A stretch of DNA of 64,000 bases. It comes from Octopus sinensis. Taxonomy: Eukaryota. The notes below the pieces were generated by a model. The model was given only the letters and a program-made list of their open reading frames with translations, was not told the origin of the DNA and did no database searches. Below, piece after piece: positions 11,491 to 25,204 of this stretch. How positions within the stretch are numbered: position 1 is the first letter of the stretch; each line of letters starts with the position of its first letter. The stretch spans positions 48,298,001-48,362,000 of the forward strand of contig NC_042999.1 in the NCBI RefSeq assembly GCF_006345805.1. Direction: 5' to 3'. The translations under genes were made by a program, and so were the position numbers.

Positions 11491-13672
11491 GGCATATTTC
11501 ACACTTGCACACGCGTACGGGCACACACACACGTTCAAATGCACACACGCACATAGACTCGTACATAAAAAAGATATGCACAAACATATAAGAAATAAAC
11601 ACAGAAACGTTTTACCACCTTCCTCATACACTTATGTATATAAGCAGTCACAAACAAGCACGCAAGACTGACACTGATCCTTCCATTCACTTTACTGTTT
11701 TAAAACATAACAATAGGCTCACTTTTAAAATTATGTTTGGTCAATAGCCAAGATGATAACAAATGCACGGTCGTTTTCACGTACATTATACTTATAAAGT
11801 TCGTTATTTCTCTTCATATTCCTTCTCCCAAATAAAACATCCGTTATATAGCAATTTCCATTGTTGTAGACAGCGATGTAATATTAATGATTACATGAAA
11901 GGTATTCATGTAATTAAGTGTTTTTATGTCTTGAATTTTGTTTATTTTCCTTCGCTATATAAATAGTATACGCATTGATACTTAAACCTATAAACGTACG
12001 CACACGTAAATACATGCATATAAATTTGTATCTACACACAGACACAGTCGTAGAATCTATGCCGAAGAAATTCTAGAAACCCAACAAGCTTGTACTCTTA
12101 ATACAGAGAAACAAACGATAACTATAAATCTTGGCCAAAAATGTACCTTAACCATAGCACACAATTACACATTCACAGAACGGTGTCAAATAACAAACAA
12201 ACTTTCCCTTCCTTTTTAAACACACTACCAACATGCTGCACAAAGGCATCGTAGTCTTCTCTTGAATCTCTTCTTTTCATTGACATCCGATCCGCCATAC
12301 GTTTATAATGCAACTAAATTTTCTTCATTCAGCTTATTGTAAATATTATCAATCCGGCTCGTCCACTCCTCATAGAATCCACTCTTTTTAACGGAAACGA
12401 TTTTTACACAAACAATATTTTCGAAATATATTAAAGAAATATATAAGCTATATTGGAAAATTAAATTTCTAATTTGAGAAAATGTTAATTATTTCAAAGT
12501 CTTGAAGAGACACCCCAAAATCAACGAGTAAGTGTGAATAATGTAGATTTGCCTCGAATATTTAATGAAGGCGGCCAGTCAAGGAAACAGTAATGAGAAT
12601 ATGATTCATTCAGGTTTTTATGTAAAATTTCTGATCACATTTACATTCTCGAAACTTATTTTAAGTACGTTGTGCGTCACCTCATAGATCAGACACAATG
12701 TGTGACATACCATGATTTGATTATTAATATTTTAAGTTTTGAATGCTTTCGTTTAAAATCTTCCGATAGTGTTTAGCATCTCTCTTGCTAATTTTTTGTC
12801 TGTTATGAGAAATTAGACGGATAGCGACAGTAAAAAGTTTTGAATAATGTCAGTCAACTGGCGTGAAAATATCAAAAGGCAATTTGTTAGAACCAGAAAC
12901 ATTTTTAATATTTTACATTCTTTAAACTATGTTCAAATTGTTAAATTACTTGATATCAAATACAAATTGTGGTTCTTATAATCATTTCATTTTGAATACA
13001 ATAATCATTTCACATAATAAATTTGACAATGGTACATATTTAATGTACAATTCCGTTAATTTCATTAAATTTTAATATATGTTCATATTTCTCCGAACAC
13101 TTGGTAGCTATTTTGTAATTTGTGATAACGAATTATACAATAATGAATGATTATTTTATTTGCATAGTAAAAACATTAAAAAAGGGACATTGCATTTATT
13201 AATAAAGATTTCTATGTCTGAAACATAGTTTTAGTGATCATCCTTAATTCTGACAACCAGTGAATTACTACTTGCCTGATTTTGTCAATATTTGTTTAGT
13301 AGTATTTCAGTATTAGATTCATCTCATATATATCTTTCACGGAATTTATTTCCGTCGATTGATATCAGTATAGTAACACTTCCGTAAATTGCTCAGTCAT
13401 TTTTAAACACATTTTCTTATCCCAACAATGTTTTAAATCAGCCAAATTTGCATTATTGTATCTGAAAATTAAACTAAGTACTAGTCATTTTCAATTAGTG
13501 TAACGAAAAATGAGAAAGTAAATGTTAATTGGAAAAATACGTTTTGCTCTCAACTTTGAGTTCTTTTTGTGCCATAGCCATTTTTCCCCAACTGCACAAA
13601 CCTTGACGCAGTTTTCAGCATTGACGTCCTCTCATTTCGATGCTTTAAGTTCGCTTAAGTAAATTATTATTA

Positions 13673-14229
13673 TTGAGTGAGAGAGCAGTTCATGCCATCA
13701 AATTGACACTGGGGCAAAATATACGAAGCCCAGTATACCCATTATGACTATCTGTATGTTAAGGGTACACCAGGCACATGCATCACAACCATATGTGCGC
13801 GAAATGGTGACTTCGTATAACGACAAACAACGCATGACCTTGCAGGTGGGGCCCAGTTAGAATTTTCTTCAGGTCGAGTAACTCCTCCCCTCTCAAAAGG
13901 TCCATGAATAAGGTTTGTTTAAGGATGATGAACGAAACACTCATGTTTCCAAGGGTGAATTATCCAAACCCCCAAAGAATCCCTCTCAACACATGGTTAT
14001 GATGCTCCACCAATACTTCTGCTCATGATCAGAGATGCACACATCATCAGCCACCAAGGGGCATGCTCAAATGATTAAGGTCAAGCAACTGACAAGCAAA
14101 TCTGTGGTATTGAACAGAATATTTGCTGTAGCCGATCTTTTATACCAAGACAAAACAATGTGCATGATGATACTTCCAATAAGTTAAGATCAGAAGCCAT
14201 GAGAGCCACTGTCTGGTAATTCATCAGGA
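13673..14229 (-). mobile_element. ~560-bp interspersed repeat (family D) with (AAT)n tail, probably a retroposon 3' end
   Basis: Colinear reverse complement of 24400-24970; both end in ...ctctcactcaataataat. Confidence 0.8.
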
Positions 14230-14239
14230 AATTTATTAT

Positions 14240-14371
<132 letters not shown>

Positions 14372-14377
14372 TACTTT

Positions 14378-14998
14378 TTTTCTTCTTTCAAATTTGCTTC
14401 CATTTCTTGCCGAGTGTCTTCCCGACTCCTAGGGCAAAGAAACTCATAGTATACATTGGTAGGCCATTAAACAAAACTCAGTAGTTCGTTCGTTCATTTT
14501 TTTTTTTTTTTAAGTTAAATTAAAATACATGAGCAGCAACAGTTCTCACATCGACAATGCTCTTCTCAATACGTGTGATGTACCAGTTAAGACAATCTAT
14601 TGCACTTCTTGCAGGGATGGTAAGCCAGGGATCATTCTCATATAATTTTCGGTTCCCTTCTTGCTCATTCCTAGTGCTCCTACGATCACTGGTATTGTAA
14701 CCGCCTTGAGATGCCACATTTTCTCAATTTCAATGAGTAGGTCTTTATATTTTCTGAGCTTGTCCAACTCTTTCGCTGAGATATTATGATCACAGGGGAT
14801 GCTCATGTCGATCAATAAGCAAACTTTATTGTTTTGGTCTTTCACAACAATATCTGGTTTATTGGCCATGATGGTTCGGTCTGTATGTACTGGAAAGTCC
14901 CACAGAATGGTTACATTTTCTCCTTCAGTTACAGCCTCAGGGTGGTGATTATACCACTTGTCGGCAGTTTTGATATTGTAATGCCGACTTATTAGCCA
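14378..14998 (-). mobile_element. 5'-truncated R4/Dong-like non-LTR retrotransposon (RLE domain plus 3' UTR)
   Basis: KWYNHHPEAVTEGENVTILWDFPVHTDRTIMANKPDIVVKD...LLIDMSIP...KLRKYKDL is the PD-(D/E)xK restriction-like endonuclease; the frame continues past one premature TAG (EVQ*IVLTGTSHVLRRALSM*) to a stop at 14546. Confidence 0.9.
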
Positions 14999-15044
14999 GT
15001 TATTATTATTATTATTATTATTATTGTTATTATTATTATTATTA

Positions 15045-15455
15045 TTTTCGACACGCCTTAAGAAACATGCTCCCAAAGAACATGGTTCGCGGTTCAGTCT
15101 CACTACATGTCACCTTGGGAAAATGTTTTGTTCTATAGTCTCGGTACTCCTAAAGCCTTATGAGTGAATTTGGTAGACATACGTTGAAAGAAGATCGTCT
15201 TTTATATGTATATATCTATGCGTATCCCTCTGTGTTTGTGCTTGACATCCACCATCGCTTGATAACCTGTATTATTGTGTTTATCTTCCTGCAACATGGC
15301 GGTTCCGTAGAAGATAACAGATAGAATAAGTACCAGACTTATACAAAGAAAAGAAAGTAACATGTACTTGGATCAATTTGTTCGACTCAAAGCTCATCAA
15401 GGCGGTGTCACAGCATATCCGCGGTCAAATGACTGCAACATGTAAAAGATAAAAG
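15045..15455 (+). mobile_element. SINE family B with CORE-like accttgggaaaatg
   Basis: catggttcgcggttcagtctcact...gtcaccttggg...gatagaataagtacc...ggtcaaatgactg...gtaaaag; shared with 34835-35130 and 44935-45135. Confidence 0.8.
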
Positions 15456-15595
15456 GTAAACAAATTTGATGGCCTGAATCGAATTTCTCCGAACTCTGAC
15501 TCAAATTAACTACATATCGTTCAGTAAGATTTCATCAAATGTATGAGCGGGTTTTGGAGAAACTACCAGCCCTGATTAATACCTTCTAATATTAT

Positions 15596-15828
15596 GAGGC
15601 GGCGGGCTGGCAGATACGTCAGCGCACCGGGCGAAATGCTTAGCGGTATTCTGTCTGTCGTTACGTTCTGAGTTCAAATTCCGCCGAGGTCGAATTTGCC
15701 TTTCCTCCTTTCGGGGTCGACAAATAAAGTACCAGTTTCGCACTGGGGTCGATGTAATCGACTTAATCCGTTTGTCTATCCTTGTTTGTCCCCTCTATGT
15801 TTAGCCACTTGTGGGCAATAAAGAAATA
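15596..15828 (+). mobile_element. SINE family A
   Basis: High similarity to 9395-9622. Confidence 0.9.
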
Positions 15829-16345
15829 TGACACCTCCTGATATTAAAAGAACAAGAAAGAAAGAAGAAATTTTGTTACTTGATATTTGCATATATATGC
15901 TTCTCTCATATTTCCCAATCTTTTTTGATATTCTATTTTTTAAGTAAAAACATTGTATTCTGTATTAATATACTGTAAACTCACGTTCTTTTTCAGTGAA
16001 CATAAATGCATTTACGTTACGTGATAATTGACTTATAATGGAGAGTGTAGAATTGGTCGCGAAAATTCAGTGTAGACACGGAAACTATCATTCAGCCACT
16101 GGGGAATTGATAAAATTTCGTATTTGCACTCAATCATATTAAATATATCTATAACTGTATTTTGCTTTGTGCCTACACATTTAGGTAAAGTGACACACAA
16201 GATTTTTTTACACATCATTCTTAATGACTATCACAGCCAAATGAGATTTCACGTGTATATACAAATATACACTTACAACTATCAATGACTTAAAATTATT
16301 TAATCTACTTAACAAAAAATTTTGTCCAGTGAATTTTGTATGTGG

Positions 16346-16394
<49 letters not shown>

Positions 16395-16442
16395 TCCTTT
16401 ACTTATTTCAGTCATTTGACTGCGGTCATGCTGAAGCACCGA
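16395..16442 (-). mobile_element. SINE family B 3' fragment
   Basis: cttttacttatttcagtcatttgactgcggtcatgctgaagcacc is the reverse complement of the family B tail. Confidence 0.75.
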
Positions 16443-16699
16443 GAGAGAAAGGGGGGAAGAGCAGCGGAAGAATGAGTATGTGATTAAGCAAGTTATGAAG
16501 TTAGAAAAAGACAATCACTGTATAGAAAATCTCTTTCAGTCAAACGTTTTAGTGTTTACTCATAGGATATCGCCAATTATTTTCCAGCCAACGAAGGAGA
16601 CCGATATTCTTCAGGATCATTAATATTGGTAATCCAAGCCATGATACTCCTATTAATATCAATCCATATATCAGTCGATATACGACTGTGTATTGGAAC

Positions 16700-17123
16700 T
16701 GCTAAGGTATTAATCAAATCTGTTTGTGATGTATCCCGATCGTGCCAAGGACATCAAAATTGTTGAGAGACAAGATGAAACGTCACAAGCTACGGAGATT
16801 TGACATAGTCGAGAAACTGAGAGGGAAGTTAGATGCCTTCATGAAAAACAATAGCCAGGCTATAGCGGCCAAGGGAAACCTGTTCAAGGAGGCATTGATA
16901 GCAAGTGGATTGCCTCAGGGAACTTACTTGAGGGTGCTAATTTTAATGGATATTCTACCATCCATGGGAGCAGTAATACAGAGACAAACGAACTAGATAT
17001 GCTGACGATATGCTGATTAGATATGACAGTCAGGGAATCTTACTACGTTGATATTCCACAAAATAAAATTGATACCATACATACATACATACATACATAC
17101 ATACATACATACATACTACATAC

Positions 17124-17168
<45 letters not shown>

Positions 17169-17900
17169 ATATATATTGGCAGAAGAAAACGACATGTAAA
17201 TTAACGTGGGAAACCCCAAGCTTTGCGCTTTCAACCAGCTTGCTTTAACATGCCACAACGAGGATAATTAGGACCCAAAGTATCTGCAATCCGAGAGTGA
17301 AAAACTGTGGCTGATAAGAGCAACGACACATTGTTTCGTGCATATATCACCAAGATGGTGACGCTATGCAGGCAAATGGCCAGATGGATTTTGGAAACTA
17401 TAAGGACAAAGAGTCAGGAAATCATTTTGGTTCAATGGAAGACATTTGTCCTCAGCCATCTGGACTACTGTTCTCAATTCTATCATCCAACAGTGACAAA
17501 ATAATAGCGAAGCTTCATACAGTCCAGCGGTGCTACAGCAGGAACATTACATCCAAGGAACATCTGAGCTACTGGAAAAAAGACTGAAAGAGTTACGACT
17601 CAGCTCAATGAAGCAAATAGAGGCGAGATATGTAGTGATATATATATGGTAAATAAAGGTAGAGCGATTGGAACCAAACTTTGACAGTAAGAGTTATACC
17701 AGGCCCCGACTAGACGTCAGTGGACTGTTCTTAATTTTCCAACCATACCGCCTACAATGAGAATAAGGTATTACAGCGGCTGAAGATTCAAAAGCTCATA
17801 TTTGTTGAATAACTTCGCAAACAATTAAGAGAACTACGTGGGATGGAGGTAGAAGTTTTCAAGAAACAACTTGACTTACTGGAGTCCAAGATCCCAGATG
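16700..17900 (+). mobile_element. Decayed CR1/L2-group LINE reverse transcriptase and C-terminal region, interrupted by a microsatellite at ~17080-17175
   Basis: SGLPQGT (~16903-16923), RYADD (~16995-17009), WKTFVLSHLDYCSQ and VQRCYSRNI...LSYW, typical of CR1-type ORF2; many stops and frameshifts. Confidence 0.85.
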
Positions 17901-18798
17901 AAAATCTATAACTGCAAGAAAATAAAAAAAATAACGCAATATCATATTCTTTCCTTCAAAATGACAAACACAAAAGTAGTCCTTGGAGAGGATATAGCAC
18001 TGGCGGTGCCCCAGCTTGGGCACGGCCTATATGCTAAAACACCAAAGAACAAAGGATTATTACACATACACACACACACACACATATATGTGTGTGTGTG
18101 TGTGTGCGTGTGTGTATCAATACGGAGCAAATAATTCACGAAAAATTAAGTTGCGAAGACATAATTAAATCTGTTATTATCTAGTGTAACAATTTTTTAA
18201 AATAATAGTAACAGAATCAATTGCTTTTTAGTGAAGTATTTTTTCTTGTCAATTATTTACTCCGTATTGAAATTATTTTCACCCTGGTGGCTGCCATGAT
18301 TTCAGCGAAAAATGAATCAGTTGTAGCGCAGACTTCGACACGAAGTGTTGGGACTTTCCATCATGGTAACACGAGCTGAAGAATCTGATGCTATTTTTGC
18401 CAGAGTAGAAATCGGTCTACGTGAATCTAAATACTTCTATGTACGTTGGAAGATTGTCATAGCCCGTTTGCCTTCGGGTGGTTGATTTCTGCAGTTATCA
18501 TCAATGTATTTTAGCGTTTTAAATAAGAGTTTTGACTGTTATTTCCAGCAGGTAGACATACTTAATACGTCCTTCGATTAATTTTAATCCTTCAGCTAAA
18601 CACAGACACACAGACACACACACATATATATATATATACGTATGTATGTATATATCTCTTTCCCCGTCTGTCTTGATAGACAATGGGTTGCTCCAAGGGT
18701 GGGGCCTACTTTGATGATGGGCAGCGTCTGCTATGGCTGAACAGTCCAATTCTAGAGTGGCAGTCATATATACATATATATATATGTATTTATATATT

Positions 18799-18891
<93 letters not shown>

Positions 18892-18976
18892 ATATATATA
18901 TATATATATATTGATAAAACGGTAAGATAACAAAAGAAAGAAAGAGACCTCAATATTATGTAAATAGAGGAAATTT

Positions 18977-19536
18977 ATCTATACAATATGTTACATTACT
19001 CGGTAGTCAAGATAAAACTCTGAGTTTCAGATGCCGAAGTGGAAATCCACAACACCATCTCTTCGGTTATCTGGCTATTTGAAAACGTTATGAAAAAATA
19101 CCGTTAAAAATGAAGGGAAATTACTCTGTTATAACTCTGCTTTGCTTGCGTACTTATACATCGCTCGCATTTTTCGTCATAAACATTATATAAAAATACA
19201 TAAAAATATATAAAAATATATAAAAGTATATAAAATCTTCTTGGGACATAACACAGAAAGCATGTTCTATCCGTTTTCTTTAGGGGACCAAAAACGTAAC
19301 AGAAATTTAGTCAAATGTGGGCATGATCCGAAAAACTCTGTCCTTGTATTTAGACATGTGGTAGGGTCTAAGCTGCTTTTCCAGATAAGCCATCTTATTT
19401 TAACATATTTTAACGGTATTTTTTCATAACGTTTTCAAATAGCCAGATAACCGAAGAGATGGTGTTGTGGATTTCCACTTCGGTATCTGAAACTCAGAGT
19501 TTTATCTTGACTACCGAGTAATGTAACATATTGTAT

Positions 19537-19540
<4 letters not shown>
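18977..19540. mobile_element. Young fold-back element with 133-bp near-perfect inverted arms, flanked by (TA)n
   Basis: 18977-19109 versus 19408-19540 differ at one position that I could see (atgccgaag versus ataccgaag); each arm holds an HHR-like motif. Confidence 0.92.
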
Positions 19541-19602
<62 letters not shown>

Positions 19603-21027
19603 ATATATATATGAGATAGATAGACAGATAGATAGATAGATAGATATGTGCGTGTGTGTGGTTGTGTGATTAAACGTTTATATGTATGTATTTCTCTATG
19701 TATGTATGATATTCACGTTTGTTGCATTTGAATTAAAGTAGACACGGCATTTCCTCTCACGTCTCCAATTTGAAAACTGAACAATCGCAGATGAAATACG
19801 GTTATGTGTATAAGTCTTTGAAGTCGGTAATATAAACACCGGTGATATTCAGACTGTTATTCGTTTGCCTATTCTCTCTTTTCTGCTCTACTCAAACTAC
19901 TTTCATTCTAATGAACAGAAATTCTCATATTACCAATCAAAAACATTATACAAACTATGGTATTTACGCTCACAACATACTTTAATCTTTTCTTTAGATA
20001 TTGTCATTCATCGAATATATGGGTCATCAATATCAACAATGTAAAGGTTATCTCTTAAAGACTTTCGCACCCAATAATTGTACAATTTTACATCTTTCAG
20101 ACCATCCATTACTGACGCTGTTCAGTTTGCGACTTTAAAGCATGAAACTGAAAAATGAACAAACCAACTCATCAATCACCTATACGATGTTGGTTGAATG
20201 AAGGATATTTATGTCAAGTAACTAATGAGTATTTGGCTATTAATGATAGACTTACAACTCACTGTGTGAATTTATAGTTCTAAAACTTACCAGCCGCGAT
20301 TCTATTCACTAATGCGATATATGAATAACATTCCCTGATAATTATGAGTTAAACTGGTCTAATAATTTCGTGAAACACATGAAATGAAGAAAAGTTCCGA
20401 TGAGGAAATGTACAACGCTGTGCATGTTATATCAAAGAAATATATTTGTCTGAGATTCGCTAGTAAAGAATTGTCAAACAAGGAATGAACAATAAAATAA
20501 GTATGGAACATCCATTGTTGTAGTACGAAATAAATATAACGATTACTTTACATATATACATGAGCACATATATTGTTGGTGTAATTTATTCTGTATTGAT
20601 TGTGCCATAAAAACAGCGAGTTTATTTCACAAATGAAATATTATATATGATCTTCTATAAAATCGTTAGCCCACTGGTGTGTAGCATCCCTTGACTGTTT
20701 CATCTACACCTCAATTTTATAGTGCTGCCCTGATTTTCTGCACATGAAGCATATGACACCTAGCCTTTTCTTTAGCTTAACATTGTAACCCATTTCAATA
20801 TATCAAACATCGTATTCTCCACTCGTTTCTCTTGCGTCGTTATCAGATAGGCAATTGAGTATAGATATATTTTCTTAAGAGACGTTAATGTACAGGTTTT
20901 ATGCTGAATATAAGTTCCATTTGTTTAACGTATCACAGAAATTTTAGCTTTACTTCCACTTCTACTTGTTGAAATTGAACTTCAGGCATCGCATTATTCA
21001 GCCATATGATTATAAGAAGATTTAAGT

Positions 21028-21242
21028 GGGTGAGCGGGCAGAATCGTTAACACGCCATGTAAAATTCTCACTCAGCGGCATTTTGTCCATCTTTAACGTT
21101 GTGACCGAATCCTGCCTTATTTTGCTTAACGTTTAATTCTTTTCGGTGTCAATAAACTAAGTGCCAATTTAACACTGGTATCAATGTAATCAACTTAACC
21201 ACTTCCACGAAATTACGGGCCTTGTGCCAAAATTTGAAACTA
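21028..21242 (+). mobile_element. SINE family A (decayed)
   Basis: gagcgggcagaatcgttaac...cagcggcatttt...tttcggtgtcaataaa...gccttgtgccaaaatttgaaac. Confidence 0.75.
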
Positions 21243-21710
21243 ATATAATTATAATGAAATTTACAAGATTATTTCTTGTTTCTATTCGCACAAACAAAAA
21301 AATTATCACTAAATGAAAAACCCAGTCATTAGGACATTCTTTTTTATCGATTGTGCAGAAAGAAGTCTCAACGTCCAAGGATTTCGGGCACGGTAATATA
21401 CAATATAGAGATGAGTGAAGAAAAGGTGATACTAAGAATCAGTCGCGCTAGGTAGGGGATGCTTATGCAAATAATTTGAATTAAGGATGTGTGTTACAAA
21501 TAGGATGTGTGAAATCTAGAATTAAGACGCATATCAGACAGACGCTGTAATTTATTGCTCGATAGTAATAAAATGACCTTTGTTTTTAATGCTAGAAAAG
21601 ATGTATCTGTGTCTATTAGTAGCCGCATATCCGCTGTATTCCAGTGTGGGTTATACTTGTTCTTGTAGAGTTTCAGTCTCCGAATATAACTGAAGTATTA
21701 TCAGTTACAT

Positions 21711-22234
21711 ATACACAGAGAACGTAATGGAAGAGTGGCATGAGGTATCATACATATGTGATGAAAGGACCATTCGAATTCCCAGCAAGCTGGTTGTTTA
21801 CATAGAGAGGAGATATTTCCAGAGATATGAGTGATTTGAATTTTAAAATAACTTATTTTTACTTGCCATAACATTATGCATACACGTATATGAAATGATT
21901 GCGAAAGACAGAGCTAGCATTTGTAAAAGTTTTAGGTGTTTAATTGCCTCTTTGAAAAAAAGAAAGGAAAACAGAAAAAGTGAATCGTAATTCGAGAAGC
22001 GATATGATATCTGTGTCTTAGAATAAAGCTAGTGTATCACTTTATAAATTAGTGAATACAGCCAGGGTGCGTCAGGAATTATAAAGTTAGAGCGTTTTAG
22101 ACGTGTGATGTATCATATACTCACTGAACATAATGGAAGAGTGGGATGAGGTATCATATATATTTGCTGTGAAGACCATTCGAATTCCCAGCAAGCTGGT
22201 CGTTTACATAGAGATAACAGATTTCCAGAGAGAT
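21711..22234 (+). repeat. Local direct duplication of ~120 bp (21711-21828 and 22117-22234)
   Basis: Both copies carry aatggaagagtgg.atgaggtatcata...gaccattcgaattcccagcaagctggt.gtttacatagag...atttccagaga; offset 406 bp. Confidence 0.9.
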
Positions 22235-24294
22235 ATTGGAAACATGTCATATCGATGTTTACAGAATGTGTGTCAGTGGTCCCTTTAGTGCTTGTTTGAT
22301 ATTATTGTTTGTCTCTGAAGATGCTATGATTGTCACGCAAGTGCTAGAGAGTAAAGGAATTACCCTACAGCAATGCTTTCCTCAAATTACTAACGATTAA
22401 CAGATAATTTGGCCTAAGAACCGGGAGAATATATCCAGTTGATCTGGTGATATATTCTATTGATCACTGTAAAGGAAGACTAATTGTAATGTTTACATAA
22501 CATCCTTATTAATGAATAATTCTTTCACTGCTTTCGACAGTCAGGAATGTAGAGCAAAAGCGAAAAGCGATCAGGTAAGGTGAAAAGCGACCAGGAAGAT
22601 TAAAACTGAAACGTGTAGCAAAACGATAACTTTGTAGCATATACTTTTAGCTGTACGTACTAATCAAGCAGAATTTCTTGGGAAGCGACCATTTTCTGCA
22701 TTCATTGATCAGAATGCATACATTGATGTCCCTCTACTTGTTCTAAAGCCAAATTAAGTGGAAATTTACCTCGTCTACACTACTCAAAAAGGTAAACGTT
22801 CACTTCATTTTCTTGCATAAATATATATTTCAAAAAACATATTTTAAAATTGAAGATCTAATTAACTTACAGAGTTATTAACAATTCAAAAATTTTATTG
22901 TACTATCATTTGTGAAATAATTTACATAGTATGTCTTTACACATATCTTTTGCTTTCTAAATATCTTTAACAGGTGCTATGTTATGGCGATATATACCCA
23001 ACTGATCATTATTGCTCGCTTGAACCTGCGTTTTTAATAATATTTAATACAGTGAAATAAAACTCCACAACACATAGCACATCGTATTGCAAATTATTAT
23101 TATCACGAAAAATAGCAGTCAGATGACTATTTTAAAATATATAACTAGTCAAATCATGAAAGCAATAAAATAATCTGTTAAAAGTTCGCCGATACAAGAA
23201 AATGAAAACTTGGAGTTCAAAACAAAATACGAATTTTGAATTGAATCAATACTTGATGAATAAACAGCTGCTTTACTTTAGCATGAAATGCTTAATGCTG
23301 TAGAAATTTCAATTAGGAAAGAAAACAAAAACAGGACCCTCATTGTAAAAGCGGAATAAATGATTGATGTGTCATTTGTTCTGATTTTTCCAGTAGATAA
23401 TTGACGGTGATCTATATAAATTTACATTTATAAACTTGTGTGATATAATCTCATATCTATATCATTATATAACGATAATTAGGCATTATTTTATAATGGA
23501 AGGAGAAATATAATAGACTGAGTCTTACCTTACGAAAAATAACAAATCAAATGTCTCTGTAAAGAAATTTTAATGTACATACAATTTTTATGTATAAAAA
23601 ATAATCTATGTAGAATGTAAACGAGTGCACGTTAGACAACATCAAATTACATCCGAACTGTTTGCTGCAAGATAGCATCCGATTAAATAATAGAAAAAAA
23701 TACCCTTAAATGCACACGTTAATGATCTATTCGTGAAACACAGTTTTACAACATGTACAACGGTTGGTAGGAAACATAAGACAAGCATTAACGAAAATGT
23801 ATTGTTTAAATTATTTCTTTAAATCAAATTTCATATTTGCAAATGATGAAAGGCAACTGAAAAGAAAAGCATATGCTATATTTTTCTGTAATGTAGTAGT
23901 TCATAATTAGAAATATTTTAAATCTGAATACCCCTTAAAGAATACAAGCTATATAGTATATCAGAATCATCTCCATGAGATAATGAAAAACTGCAGGATA
24001 TTCCAAGACCAACAGTTGCATCTACTTAGATGTTCTAGCTAAAACAAAGTAAGATAGAAATCGAGAGATTCATTACGCTAAAATATAAAATCAAATTACT
24101 ACATAGAGATTCTTACTAAAAATCAAGAAAATTTTGAAGCTCTAGCAGGTAATGCACTTCAAGATATGATGGTATCTATGGTTACGATAAAATTATAATG
24201 TTTTGAAATAGTAACAACAATAACATATTTGCGGAAAATATTAACGGTTTCAGATATGTAATATATGACAAAAATCGAAGTTTTCAGGACAATA

Positions 24295-24307
24295 GCAATA
24301 ATAATAA

Positions 24308-24369
<62 letters not shown>

Positions 24370-24372
24370 ACA
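24295..24372. repeat. (AAT)n(AGT)n microsatellite
   Basis: Direct reading of the sequence. Confidence 0.95.
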
Positions 24373-24399
24373 ATGATAGTAATTGATACAGTGCTTGAT

Positions 24400-24968
24400 G
24401 CCCGGACGCAATACTTTGATGCCACGATGCAGTACCAGGTACTCGCTGTCATGGCTGCCAATCTTAATTGATTGAAAGTGATATCATGTACATTATTTTG
24501 TCTTTGTATCAAAGATGGGCCACAACAAATATTCGGCTCAATATCACAGATTTGTTTGTCAGTTGTTTGACCATAACCAGTTGAGCATGTCTCTTTGTGG
24601 CTGGCAAAATGTGCATATCTGATCAGGAGTAGAAGTGGTGTGGGAGCATCATAACCGTTTGTTGAAAGGAATTCGTTAGATTTGGATAATTCACCTCTGG
24701 AAACATGGGTTTTCGTTCAACATCCTTCAACAACCCTTATTCAGGGTTTTGAGCGGGTTGGGCTACTCGACCAGAAGAAAATTGTAACAGGGTCCACCTG
24801 TAAGGACATGCGCTGTTTATTTTGATATGAGGTCACCAATTTGCGCACACATTGTTGTGATGCATGCGCCTGATGTATCTTTATCAGGCGGGTAGTCATG
24901 GTGGGTAAACTGGGCTTTGTATATTTTACCCCAGTGTCACTTTCATAGCATTCACAACTCTCTCACTC

Positions 24969-24970
<2 letters not shown>
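24400..24970 (+). mobile_element. Family D interspersed repeat
   Basis: Inverted homologue of 13673-14229; followed by (AAT)n(AAG)n. Confidence 0.8.
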
Positions 24971-25009
<39 letters not shown>

Positions 25010-25132
25010 GAAGAAGAAGAAGAAGAAGAAGAAGAAGAAGAAGAAGAAGAAGAAGAAGAAGAAGAAGAAGAAGAAGAAGAAGAAGAAGAAGAAGAAGAAG
25101 AAGAAGAAGAAGAAGAAGAAGAAGAAGAAGAG
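24969..25132. repeat. Compound (AAT)n(AAG)n microsatellite
   Basis: Direct reading of the sequence. Confidence 0.95.
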
Positions 25133-25204
25133 AATGATTTCAAATAGCGGAAGATTGGAGAAGAGTTTATGTCGATTTCGGAAGAATAGCGGAAGATTGG
25201 AGAA

